This document shows, piece after piece, positions 29,493 to 38,918 of a stretch of 64,000 nucleotides of DNA. Both the position numbers and the translations under genes were made by a program. Positions within the stretch are counted from its first letter, which is position 1. Each line of letters begins with the position of its first letter. The stretch is taken from the NCBI GenBank assembly GCA_048937405.1, contig JBHLNF010000001.1, positions 544,001 to 608,000 of the forward strand, read 5' to 3'. The notes below the pieces were generated by a model. That model was not told the DNA's origin. It saw nothing but the letters and a program-made list of their open reading frames with translations, and searched no databases. The stretch comes from Promethearchaeota archaeon (GTDB lineage Archaea > Asgardarchaeota > Lokiarchaeia > Sigyniarchaeales > SOKP01).

Positions 29493-30629
29493 CTAATTTT
29501 TAATTTTTGATAATTTCTTGAAAGCTTGTTCTTCTTTTTTAGTAATATTTTTTGCTATATTATGCAGTTCAACAAAATCTACATGATTTAAACAATTATA
29601 CTTATGTTGATCACAAGCATTCTTCAAAGTTTGTGCAATAAAAGTCCAGTCTTGTGCTGATTCATTAATAATCGGAATGCATTCTTTAAGAATACCGAAC
29701 TCATCGGAGTTCCATGCTCTTCGACCTTCTTTAAGCTCAGGATAAGAAAGTAATTCTTCTAGGAAATCTTTATATAGCTTGCGAAAAGACCCACCTCCTG
29801 TCCCCCATGTCTCTATGTAGCCAAAAGTAAGTTCAAACATTAAATGCGCTAAAGAGATTTCTTCCCCTTTTGAATTTGTTATGTTTTTATTTAGCTTATC
29901 TTTCCAAGTGGGTATAGAATTTGCAAATTGCTTTAATCCTTGGATACCATTATTATTACTGGAAGGTCTTAACATATTTGTTACTACTTTTTGAATCGCT
30001 AGTTTTACTCCCGCTGATAAAGGTGGGTATTTACCATCGGGACGAGGGGTCATAAAAAACTGAGTATTTTTTGGATGTAAAAACTTAGGTCCATACATAG
30101 AACTCCTTGCTCTTTTTAAAATATCTATAGAGACTTCTTGAAATCCTTCAAATTCAGTGTCTCCTATATACGCTATTCCCTTCTCCTCATTATATCCCCC
30201 TAGTGTTACTGTATGTCCTCCAAAATGAGCTACATCTAGTTCTTCATCAAATCCTTCATAAGGCATATAAGCAATATCTACTCTCAAAATAAGAGGAATA
30301 TCTTGATCTAATATTCTTTTTGATTCCTGCCATGCTTTATCTGGATTTGTAAAAGATTGTTTTCTAAGTGTGATGCCCAACAATCGACAAGCAAGACTAT
30401 TTGGTTCAATTGTACCTTGCTTTCCTCCCAAGAAAAAAGGTATCTCAGATTCAGGAATAAAAGATGCTTGACTGGTTGTATCGAAAAATCCAAAACCCAT
30501 AGTCCCATCTAACCCAAATGCCATGGGTTCAGACATTGGAAATCTGTAATATTCAAAAAGATCTCTCATTGAACTAGACTCACAGTGATAACCAATTCTA
30601 TGGACTAAATTTTTTACCCTATGTGCCAT
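29493..30629 (-). CDS. BtrH N-terminal domain/DUF4872 papain-like protein
   Basis: HRIGYHCESSSMRDL, SEPMAFGL, HFGGHTVTLGGY, IETWGTGGGSFRKLY..FL. Confidence 0.85.
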   Translation of the reverse strand: MAHRVKNLVHRIGYHCESSSMRDLFEYYRFPMSEPMAFGLDGTMGFGFFDTTSQASFIPESEIPFFLGGKQGTIEPNSLACRLLGITLRKQSFTNPDKAWQESKRILDQDIPLILRVDIAYMPYEGFDEELDVAHFGGHTVTLGGYNEEKGIAYIGDTEFEGFQEVSIDILKRARSSMYGPKFLHPKNTQFFMTPRPDGKYPPLSAGVKLAIQKVVTNMLRPSSNNNGIQGLKQFANSIPTWKDKLNKNITNSKGEEISLAHLMFELTFGYIETWGTGGGSFRKLYKDFLEELLSYPELKEGRRAWNSDEFGILKECIPIINESAQDWTFIAQTLKNACDQHKYNCLNHVDFVELHNIAKNITKKEEQAFKKLSKIKN

Positions 30630-31254
30630 TTCTTATTTCCTCATTAGAATTATAATCATCAGGTCCAATTTGACCTCCAATTTTTTTAATATCCTCTAAG
30701 ACCATCTTGAAGAATTTTTCATCAGTTTTTAAGACTTCAATTGGGTGAATAAAAAGACCAGTTACATTAATAGGCATTCCTGCATAACTTCTTATCATGT
30801 CATCTAACATTTTTTCTAATTCCTTTCTATTTTTCTTAACAATTTTTAATGAATTGGAAAATACCTTAACTTGCTCCTCAAGAATAAGAATCGGAAACAT
30901 AGAAAATGCAACATAAAAATCTTCATCATTCTTACCCATGTAATTATATAAAACATTGTACACTTTTTTTTTTAAAATATCATAACCATAGTTTGTGATT
31001 TGATATATTTTTCTGGTTCTTCCATCAATTTTTTCTTCATAGCTTTGGACTAAATCATCGTTCTCTAGGCGATCTAATGTTCGGTATATAGTAGACAATG
31101 AAAAACCTACTCCTATATTTGTCCAATCTCGCATTCCTCTTTCTTCAATTCTCTTATTAATATCATATACATGGCATCCACCCTCGTACATCTTTTCATT
31201 TACTAAGCCTAATAAGACAAATGCTTGATGTTTTAATTCATAATTTTCTCCCAA
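30619..31254 (-). CDS. PadR family transcriptional regulator
   Basis: VLLGL, YDINKRIE..MRDW, STIYRTLDRLE, RKIYQIT..G. Confidence 0.88.
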   Translation of the reverse strand: MGENYELKHQAFVLLGLVNEKMYEGGCHVYDINKRIEERGMRDWTNIGVGFSLSTIYRTLDRLENDDLVQSYEEKIDGRTRKIYQITNYGYDILKKKVYNVLYNYMGKNDEDFYVAFSMFPILILEEQVKVFSNSLKIVKKNRKELEKMLDDMIRSYAGMPINVTGLFIHPIEVLKTDEKFFKMVLEDIKKIGGQIGPDDYNSNEEIRNGT

Positions 31255-31640
31255 TTTACTTCACCATTAAAGACTGATCAAATTCTTCGTAATTTCTATC
31301 TTAGGTCTTCAAGACTTTTTATTCATTTATATTTGCATTTTATTAATTTTGAAAATATTCTATATATGCAAAATATGAATAATGAATATATAAATATTTG
31401 CAAAAAGTGAAATATGACAATATTCATCATTAAAATTATCTATTATATATCAATTTATTTTAATATTGAAGTCGTCATATTAATCCAAGTAAAATTCAAT
31501 TTTAACTAAAAGAAAAAAGCAGGAGATCAAAAATCAAGGAAAGTGAAGAATTAGAGCTTTTAATTAGAAGATTTTATGAAGAAAATCCTTTAGATGTTGA
31601 AATTTATAAAAATGAACATAGAAAAAGAACAAGATCTTAT

Positions 31641-32153
31641 ATGAAAGGTGATCTGATTATTTCAATTATCTTCATAACAATTTTCCTAATTTTACACTTT
31701 ACAATTAGAACAAAAACTCTAAATATTATTACTATAGAAATTTTCTTAGCAATTTTTGGTGTTTTAGGACTTGTGTTTCGTTTCTTGCTTTCCTTCAGAT
31801 TAAGAGAGGATTATGATATGGGAAAATGGGTTTTAAAGGAGATAAAGGGGGCTTGTAAGGGATGCAAAATCAATAAGAATTCTTTCATTCCTAATAAGCG
31901 TGTCACCCCAAAACGAGAGAGAGAACCAATAGCTTGGAGAGAAGTAGAATCCATTGATATTCAAATCTTGTATCAACCTCCTTCCTCTGATGAGGTGTCT
32001 GGTCATTATAATCATTATTTAAAAGTTAATTTAAAGGATGGAAGGACCCCAAAACTTATCTTGATTACATTCAGTTTATCAGATAAAGGTAACAATAATT
32101 TTGTTATTCTAATGAAAAAATTTTGCGAATTTTTAATCGAAATCAATCAATAA
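31641..32153 (+). CDS. Hypothetical membrane protein
   Basis: Two N-terminal hydrophobic helices and a soluble C-terminus. Confidence 0.6.
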   Translation: MKGDLIISIIFITIFLILHFTIRTKTLNIITIEIFLAIFGVLGLVFRFLLSFRLREDYDMGKWVLKEIKGACKGCKINKNSFIPNKRVTPKREREPIAWREVESIDIQILYQPPSSDEVSGHYNHYLKVNLKDGRTPKLILITFSLSDKGNNNFVILMKKFCEFLIEINQ

Positions 32154-32279
32154 TTTAATTTTTTTTAAAGATGAAGTTGCGAAGGATTTATTTATTTTCT
32201 CAGAGATCCAATTAAGAAATTTTTAAAATAAAATAATTTTCAAATTCATTAAAATTTTAAATTTTCTTTAGATATCTGG

Positions 32280-32708
32280 TTAACCTTCTTTCCAATCTCC
32301 TAAAAGTTTTCTTGTAGTAACGATTTGTCCCAAATGATAAGATGTATGCTGAAGAAAAACAAGAAATAATCTAAAATAAGATATATCAGGAGTATTTTCT
32401 GGTCCAATTTTAATTCTATTCATAAAATCAATTTTCTCAAGCTTTTTGGCAGCTAATTCAAGTTTATTCTTAAATATATTAACAAGCTCTATGAAATTGT
32501 CATCTTCAATCAACTTTTCATCAGTGGGCCAATTTTCTTCATTACTAATTTTAGTCCAATCTATAACTTTCCCGTCGAGGTTCTGTAATAAAATATCTTG
32601 CCAAAAAACAGTATGATGTAATAAATCCCAACAGGAGTGATATTTATTTGAAGGTCGTTTTCTTGCAGTTTCTGGGGTTAGTCCTTCAATAGCTTTCATT
32701 GGTTCCAA
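32280..32708 (-). CDS. DinB family protein (N-terminus possibly disrupted)
   Basis: HSCWDLLHHTVFWQ and HTSYHLGQIV motifs. Confidence 0.8.
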   Translation of the reverse strand: MEPMKAIEGLTPETARKRPSNKYHSCWDLLHHTVFWQDILLQNLDGKVIDWTKISNEENWPTDEKLIEDDNFIELVNIFKNKLELAAKKLEKIDFMNRIKIGPENTPDISYFRLFLVFLQHTSYHLGQIVTTRKLLGDWKEG

Positions 32709-32924
32709 GTGAGTTAAAAATCCATTAATACCACTAGTTAGATCTTTTTAAACTGTTCACTCAAAAAATCATCATATTCCTTTAATTATTCAATATTTGT
32801 TTTATTTCTCAATTATATAATATGTTTAAAAATAAAAAATCCTGTTTATTTAGGATCTTTTTGTGGGTAAAAATTTTCGAATTAATTAAAATTTTAAATT
32901 TGTAGTGACATTATACAATCGATT

Positions 32925-33740
32925 ATGCAAAAATCTCTCGAACAACGTGTAGAGATTATATTTCAAGACAATGTAAAAAATATTGAATTACTTAGTTATT
33001 TTAAGAGATCTACAAAAAAGACTCCAGTTTTTTTGGGGGATATTAATAGAAAATATACTGAAATTCGACCTCTATTAGATAGAGGATTAATAATTGATCA
33101 GAAAGCTGTAAAAACTTATATTTTTTATCTTGACAAATTTGAGAATTATTTTTATGAGCAATATCAAGAAAAGATAGATATTCTAAAAGTTGAGATTTGG
33201 AGTAGGAAAAGAAAGAAAAATGAGCTTATTGAACTCACAGAAAACATAACACCAGAAGAAGGATGTGATGATTATGAAGAAAAGCTACGTGCTTGCATTG
33301 ATTTTGCCAAAAAATCGATTGAAAAATTAGATATTATGGAGATTGAAAAAGAAGATTATAATAATATAGTTGGAGAATTACAAGTAAAAAAGCAAAGTGA
33401 TCCCCTTCATAATTTTCTGATGTATATTCGAAATGATAAGGAAATTATTTTTAATAAGAGAACTGAAGATGATGATGGACTCATTCATAAAAAAATACTT
33501 AATTATTTAAATAAAAGTACTAATGGGAAAGGATGGCAATTTTTCACCGAACTAAAAAAAAAAGGTTTTTTTAAAGAATTTTCACCTGCTAAAACCTATT
33601 TCATAACTGAGCTTGGTTTGATGGTTGATAGAAAGTTAAAAGAAATGATGTGGAAACAAGAAGAAAATTTTGAAAAAACTGAAATGGAAAAAGCTCAAGA
33701 AGAAGAATTTAATAAACTAAAAGATTTATGGGGTTTATAA
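32925..33740 (+). CDS. Hypothetical protein
   Basis: 271-aa ORF, charged and helical; no recognised motif. Confidence 0.6.
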   Translation: MQKSLEQRVEIIFQDNVKNIELLSYFKRSTKKTPVFLGDINRKYTEIRPLLDRGLIIDQKAVKTYIFYLDKFENYFYEQYQEKIDILKVEIWSRKRKKNELIELTENITPEEGCDDYEEKLRACIDFAKKSIEKLDIMEIEKEDYNNIVGELQVKKQSDPLHNFLMYIRNDKEIIFNKRTEDDDGLIHKKILNYLNKSTNGKGWQFFTELKKKGFFKEFSPAKTYFITELGLMVDRKLKEMMWKQEENFEKTEMEKAQEEEFNKLKDLWGL

Positions 33741-33971
33741 GAATCCAGAGATAAGATCTCAGATAAGAAAGATTCTTTTTCAAGGTTTTTTGCTTTTTTT
33801 ATGGTTTCTGAGAATGATTATAATTTCCCAATCAGAATAAATTTTAGTAATAACTATTTACTTATAAATAATGCGGACCCGAATAATACGGAACCTTTTT
33901 ATATGATAGTTAATAATCTATACTTGCATAATTATTTTTAAATCTATAATTTAAAATTTATGGAGTGTGAA

Positions 33972-34421
33972 ATGAAGAATATAAATGAGAAGGATAAAAT
34001 AATGTCTTGTTTAATGGAAGGGTTCAACTGATCTCAAGCGATATTTTCAACATATGCTATTAGATTTGGTATAAATCGTGAACTAGCATTAAAAATTTCT
34101 GGAGGTTTCGGAGGTGGCATGGCAGGTTTAGGTAATACTTGTGGGGCTATTACCGGTGCTTTTATGATCTTAGGACTTAAGTATGGTAATGAAAAAATTG
34201 GAGGAGAAGAGCCAAATAAAAAGCTTTTTACTATGATTAGAGAATTTGTCTCGCGATTCGAATTAACTTATAATACCATTAAATGTAGAGACTTAATTGG
34301 TTATGATATTAGCACACCTGAAGGAAGACAACTTGCTAAAGACAAGAATATTTTCAATACTATATGTCCAAAAGTAATTTTAAATTCTGCTGCTATTCTT
34401 GAAGAGATGTTATCTAAATAA
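33972..34421 (+). CDS. C-GCAxxG-C-C family redox protein, selenocysteine form (UGA 34029-34031)
   Basis: GGAG SD, ATG 33972, EGFN-U-SQAIF...SGGFGGGMAGLGNTCGAITGA...IKCRDL...C; UGA sits at the family's conserved first Cys (FNCAQ-type). Confidence 0.85.
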
Positions 34422-34510
34422 TTTTTAAAAAAAGATATAAGAATAAAGAAAAACTGTAGTTTTAAAATTCAAAAAAAGGAATATATAACAATAGAGGCGT
34501 TATCATATAT

Positions 34511-34762
34511 ATGGATAATCGAACCACAGCATTGATAGGTATTGGAGCTACAGTCATTACGCAATGCCAGCCCTGATTTGAGACTATGTTCAATTTTGCT
34601 CAAAAAAGCGGTGTTAATGAACAAGAAATATTAGACGCAATTAAATTAGCAAAAAAAGCAAGAAAACACGCAATTTCGAGGATGGATAAATTTATTTCAA
34701 CATTTTTAGAGTCAAATGAAGGATCTGTGAAGAATTCCGGAAAAAGTGGATGTTGTAGTTAA
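34511..34762 (+). CDS. AhpD/carboxymuconolactone decarboxylase-like selenoprotein (CxxU; UGA 34574-34576), 83 aa
   Basis: MDNRTTALIGIGATVITQ-CQP-U-FETMFNFAQKSGVNEQEILDAIKLA...SGCCS*; absent from ORF track. Confidence 0.85.
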
Positions 34763-34794
34763 ACTTTGGAAATATTATGCCATTAAAAAAATAA

Positions 34795-34840
34795 ATTGAA
34801 TGATATCCTTCAGTAAAAATGATAGTGAGGGATTGACAAT
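34795..34840 (+). ncRNA. Eukaryote-type SECIS element
   Basis: ATTG-a-ATGA-t-ATCCTTCA-gt-AAAAA-tgatag-TGAGGGAT-t-GA-CAAT, 33 nt after the AhpD-like stop. Confidence 0.85.
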
Positions 34841-35053
34841 AGGATAGCTTCCTTTAAGTATCTTTTAAATTTTTCAGTAAGTTAAATTGTAAGTATATAA
34901 TTTTTTATGGTTTGTTTAAGGAATTATCTTGAATAAAGTATAAATTTATCTCGAATAATCAAGAGATAAGATTTCCGATCAGAACAAACATTTTAAAGGA
35001 GAATCTAAAATATAAAAAAGAAAATAAGAATATTCATAAATTTGAATGTCTGA

Positions 35054-35515
35054 TTATACAATAAAAGAGATTGTGTCTACAACATTTCCAAAAATCCCTG
35101 CTGTAAGAACCTTTTCAGGCTTAATAAATATTCTCGTAAATTTTTCCAAACCTCCGGCAGTCAGCTGTTCATAAATTTTTCTTGTCATCTCTCCGTGATA
35201 AGATAAGAATTCATCAAAGGTTTTTTGATTTAAAATTTCTAATTCTGCTTTACCCTTGATATATATAACTTTAGGCATTCCAGACGAATCAGTTGCATCA
35301 AAAGTTAACCAAATATTGTTATTATTTTTGATATTGTTAATCTTTTTTCTTGTGTTTTTTGATAAGATAATACAATTTAATTGGGATGTTATTGAAAATT
35401 GAACCAGAGTTGTGTGAGGTTCACCATTACCACAAGTACTTAGGGAGCAATTTCTAATTTCTTTTAGGATATTTAGGATTTTATCTTTTTGTTCTTCATT
35501 CAGTTTATTTACCAT
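35054..35515 (-). CDS. Pyridoxamine 5'-phosphate oxidase-like (split barrel) protein
   Basis: CSLSTCGNGEPH, TRKKINNIKNNNNI, IKGKAE, IFIKPEK. Confidence 0.75.
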   Translation of the reverse strand: MVNKLNEEQKDKILNILKEIRNCSLSTCGNGEPHTTLVQFSITSQLNCIILSKNTRKKINNIKNNNNIWLTFDATDSSGMPKVIYIKGKAELEILNQKTFDEFLSYHGEMTRKIYEQLTAGGLEKFTRIFIKPEKVLTAGIFGNVVDTISFIV

Positions 35516-35620
35516 ATTCTTTCACATTAAAGTTTTTTTGATTTTCAGGATATATATATTATTACATAAAACATCAGATATATTGGAATAATAATTACTT
35601 TAATTAATGTATTCCACAAT

Positions 35621-37297
35621 TTAAACCATTTTTATTTTTGGTTTGGTTATGATAAACTGACATTTTGGACAGATTTTATAATAGCGGTAACCTTGCATTG
35701 TGCTAAAAAAGTTCGAACCTAAAATACCTGCTGGTAAAATAAAAAGTGATACTCCCAGAAAAGCTAAAGCAATTGTACAAAAACGACCTCCTGTAGTTAT
35801 CGGGTATACATCGCCAAATCCAGTAGTTGTGAACGTGATAATTCCCATCCACAATGTAGTAGGAATATCTGAAAATTTAGTTGGTTGAGCATTTCTCTCT
35901 AAATAATAAATTAATGTAGAAGCAAATATAAGAAAAATACAACAGAGAGTAGTAGTAACTAAAAACTCTCGTTTTGTTTCCTTAAAAATTAATCCTGTAA
36001 CCCTAAACACGTCAATAAAATGACCTATTTTAAAAATAACTAACATTCTTAAAATTTGAAGGTATAAAACTAAAATGCGAATATGATTTAAAAAAAATAT
36101 AAGATACAAAGCAATAAGAATAATAATGTCAATAATAGCTATTGGACTTAAGATATATTTTATTCTTCCTCTAATAGGATTCTTAAATTTCTCTTTTTTT
36201 GAAGCAACGACACACCAGACTCGTAATATATATTCAACGGAAAATACAATGATTGAAAATATTAACAGTGAATTTAATAAAGATTTAAATTCTAAATATA
36301 ATTCTGGATTGGTTCCAACCATTACTGCTAAAATATTTAGTGTGATAATACTTGCAAAGAAAATAAATACAATCTTTTGACCTAATTTAGAGGGAAATCT
36401 AAAATGAATTAGCTTATATATTTTCTTTTTATAATTTCCCTTTGAAGAAATTTTTAAATCTTTTTTCTTGTCTTTCTTTTTTCTTAATTGCATTATAAAC
36501 TCAGATTTTGAAATAACTTCTTGACAATTGGGACAAATTTCTGAGGAAGGTTTCCTCTCTTCAAGTTCCTCAAGGAATCCAGATACAATAACACTAGCGG
36601 GTAATAAGAATAATGTTATTCCAATAAAGGATATAATTCCTGATACAATTTTTCCAAATAGAGTTAAAGGTACAATATCCCCATAACCGATTGTAAAAAG
36701 ATTTATTGCCGTAAACCACATAGAGCTAAATAGATTAGTAATTTTATCAGGTTGGGCATCATGTTCAGCAATATATATGAATATCGCTCCAAAAAACATC
36801 AAAATTAAAGAAAGCATTAAAGTGATTAATAATTCTTCTTTTTTGCGTTTTATTACCGCTAATATAATTTTAAAAGATCCAGAATAACGAGTGAATTTAA
36901 GAAGTACAAATAAACGCAAAAATCGTGTAAAATCCATTACATCAATAACAAAAAAACCTATCAAATAGGTTACAAATGAGATAGCACTTAGAAAATCAAT
37001 TACTCCTATAATACTTGTAAAATAATCCCATCGAGTTGAAATTGAATTTCCCACTCTAATTTTTTGATTATATGTCCAAAAACGGAGAAAATATTCCAAA
37101 TTAAATGTAAAACCAATAATGCAAGATAATAAAATAAAGACTACATAGAATTGTTGTAGTAAATTTTTTTCGGTTTCTAATATTGCGATAGTCCCATATA
37201 CAAAACTTGACATAATCAGCCAAATGGTTATAAATTTTGCTGAAATAGTCTTTACAATTGGAAAATTCAAACTTTTAAAGATTTTCTCTTTTATCAT
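35621..37297 (-). CDS. Internally duplicated potassium channel (2 x 6TM ion-transport domains)
   Basis: Two filters (TIGYGD, TTGFGD), two S4-like segments, each half followed by CPxC. Confidence 0.85.
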   Translation of the reverse strand: MIKEKIFKSLNFPIVKTISAKFITIWLIMSSFVYGTIAILETEKNLLQQFYVVFILLSCIIGFTFNLEYFLRFWTYNQKIRVGNSISTRWDYFTSIIGVIDFLSAISFVTYLIGFFVIDVMDFTRFLRLFVLLKFTRYSGSFKIILAVIKRKKEELLITLMLSLILMFFGAIFIYIAEHDAQPDKITNLFSSMWFTAINLFTIGYGDIVPLTLFGKIVSGIISFIGITLFLLPASVIVSGFLEELEERKPSSEICPNCQEVISKSEFIMQLRKKKDKKKDLKISSKGNYKKKIYKLIHFRFPSKLGQKIVFIFFASIITLNILAVMVGTNPELYLEFKSLLNSLLIFSIIVFSVEYILRVWCVVASKKEKFKNPIRGRIKYILSPIAIIDIIILIALYLIFFLNHIRILVLYLQILRMLVIFKIGHFIDVFRVTGLIFKETKREFLVTTTLCCIFLIFASTLIYYLERNAQPTKFSDIPTTLWMGIITFTTTGFGDVYPITTGGRFCTIALAFLGVSLFILPAGILGSNFFSTMQGYRYYKICPKCQFIITKPKIKMV

Positions 37298-37589
37298 GTG
37301 TACTTCTATATCTTAATTCTGTATCATGATTATTAAACAATTTTAAGAATTTTTAAAAATATTATTATACTTCACATTTTTATAGTTGTTGGCAAAAAGT
37401 AATCCTAAATTAGATTGAAAAAATTGTTAAGTTAATGAAAATGTTCTCAAAAAATAAAAAATAGAAATGCTCTAAGTTCTCAATTTTTAATGATTACTAT
37501 TTAAAATATGATTAAATGTTTTTTTAAATAAAAAAAAGTGGTTAGTATAGAATTTTGGCATAAAAGACAAATTGAAAATTTATTGAAAA

Positions 37590-38105
37590 CTAACTGTTCT
37601 CAGTTTTTGATATCATTTTAGAAATATTATCTATTTCCTTTACATAGTTTGCAGTTAAATCAGTTATTAATAGTTTTGAATTACTAGTCGAAATTAAATT
37701 ACCTTTCATATCATGTATTTTAGCGATTGCATGAAGAACATTGTTACTTTCATTAATTACCTTTCCTTGAACTCTAACTTTTTCCTCAACTTTAACTTTT
37801 CCTATAAAATCAACATGGAAATCCATACTAATTGGAAAGCCTTCATAACCTAAAGTGGCTACTGCCATACCAATAGCATTATCCAACATCCCACACTGTA
37901 TTCCTCCATGGAATAAGTTAACGGGATTTGTCATTTCTGATCTAATGAAAAATTCCAATTCTACAAAACCACGTTCCACATTTATAATTATCCCATTTAG
38001 CCATCTTGCATAAGCAATTTTGGCAAAATTTTTTAATTCAATACCTTTCATAGAATTAAAAAACGATAACATATGTTTTGAACGTTCATCAGTATTTTCA
38101 AGCAT
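37590..38105 (-). CDS. PaaI family hotdog thioesterase
   Basis: MTNPVNLFHGG....LD.A.G. Confidence 0.88.
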   Translation of the reverse strand: MLENTDERSKHMLSFFNSMKGIELKNFAKIAYARWLNGIIINVERGFVELEFFIRSEMTNPVNLFHGGIQCGMLDNAIGMAVATLGYEGFPISMDFHVDFIGKVKVEEKVRVQGKVINESNNVLHAIAKIHDMKGNLISTSNSKLLITDLTANYVKEIDNISKMISKTENS

Positions 38106-38114
38106 ATTTGATTA

Positions 38115-38918
38115 TCACCTAAATCTTTTTTCTAGTGTTTTTTGATGTATAGCGAAAGCTACAAAAAGAAATCCAAATCCAAATCCTAGAAGTACTAAAA
38201 TATCAATTAGTAATCCGAAAGATCCAAATGCACTGACCTCTCCTAAGCCAATGTTTAATACATCAAGACAATATGTAATTGGAGAGATTACTGCAGTTGC
38301 AATTGAATTAATTGGCATAAACAGCGGACTGATAAATAATAATGGAAATTTAATTAAAATTTGTAATATCATTGTATTTCCAGGATTTCTTGTTGGTGGC
38401 GAGGAAATTATCAAACTAAAACTAGAAAAAACTAATGAAGCAAGAATCATACCGGTAATAATTAGAAAATAATTAATAACTAATCCACTTGATAGGAATA
38501 TTACTCCTAAAACCAAAGGAATTGACGAGAATAATAAACCATATATAAATGAACTCCAAATACTACCAATTAATATTGTCTTAATTGAAACTGGACAAGT
38601 AGTTAAACGCTCAAAAGTACCACGAATAGTCTCCCATGGAAAAATGATTGGTCCCAATGAAGTCGAAGTTAAGAAAAGAACCATTGCTATTATTCCAGAA
38701 ATAAGGTAAATTGGTGATATGGTTCTTCCTATTGTAAAAGCAAAAAATAATATTATTGGAAAAAAGATCCCTTGAATTAATACAGGTGGTTTATTATAAT
38801 AAATTCTCAAATCTTTTTTAGTAATTATAAAAGATCTCTTTATTTGAGTTTTAAAAGTACTAAACCTAGATTCTTTAGATAATATAAATTCCTTATTAAT
38901 TTTTATCACCTCTTTCAA
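38115..38918 (-). CDS. ABC-2 type transporter permease
   Basis: WETIRGTFERL..CPVS, SPITY; ~6 TM. Confidence 0.88.
   Translation of the reverse strand: MKEVIKINKEFILSKESRFSTFKTQIKRSFIITKKDLRIYYNKPPVLIQGIFFPIILFFAFTIGRTISPIYLISGIIAMVLFLTSTSLGPIIFPWETIRGTFERLTTCPVSIKTILIGSIWSSFIYGLLFSSIPLVLGVIFLSSGLVINYFLIITGMILASLVFSSFSLIISSPPTRNPGNTMILQILIKFPLLFISPLFMPINSIATAVISPITYCLDVLNIGLGEVSAFGSFGLLIDILVLLGFGFGFLFVAFAIHQKTLEKRFR

Noticed and set aside
31321-31402. Imperfect inverted repeats (TTGCAT/ATGCAA) upstream of padR as an operator
   Set aside because: Too degenerate in very AT-rich DNA to support without comparative data
34119-34421. 100-aa ORF or nonsense pseudogene call
   Set aside because: The upstream SD, ATG and conserved N-terminus exist, the UGA is at the conserved Cys, and a second Sec gene and a SECIS follow
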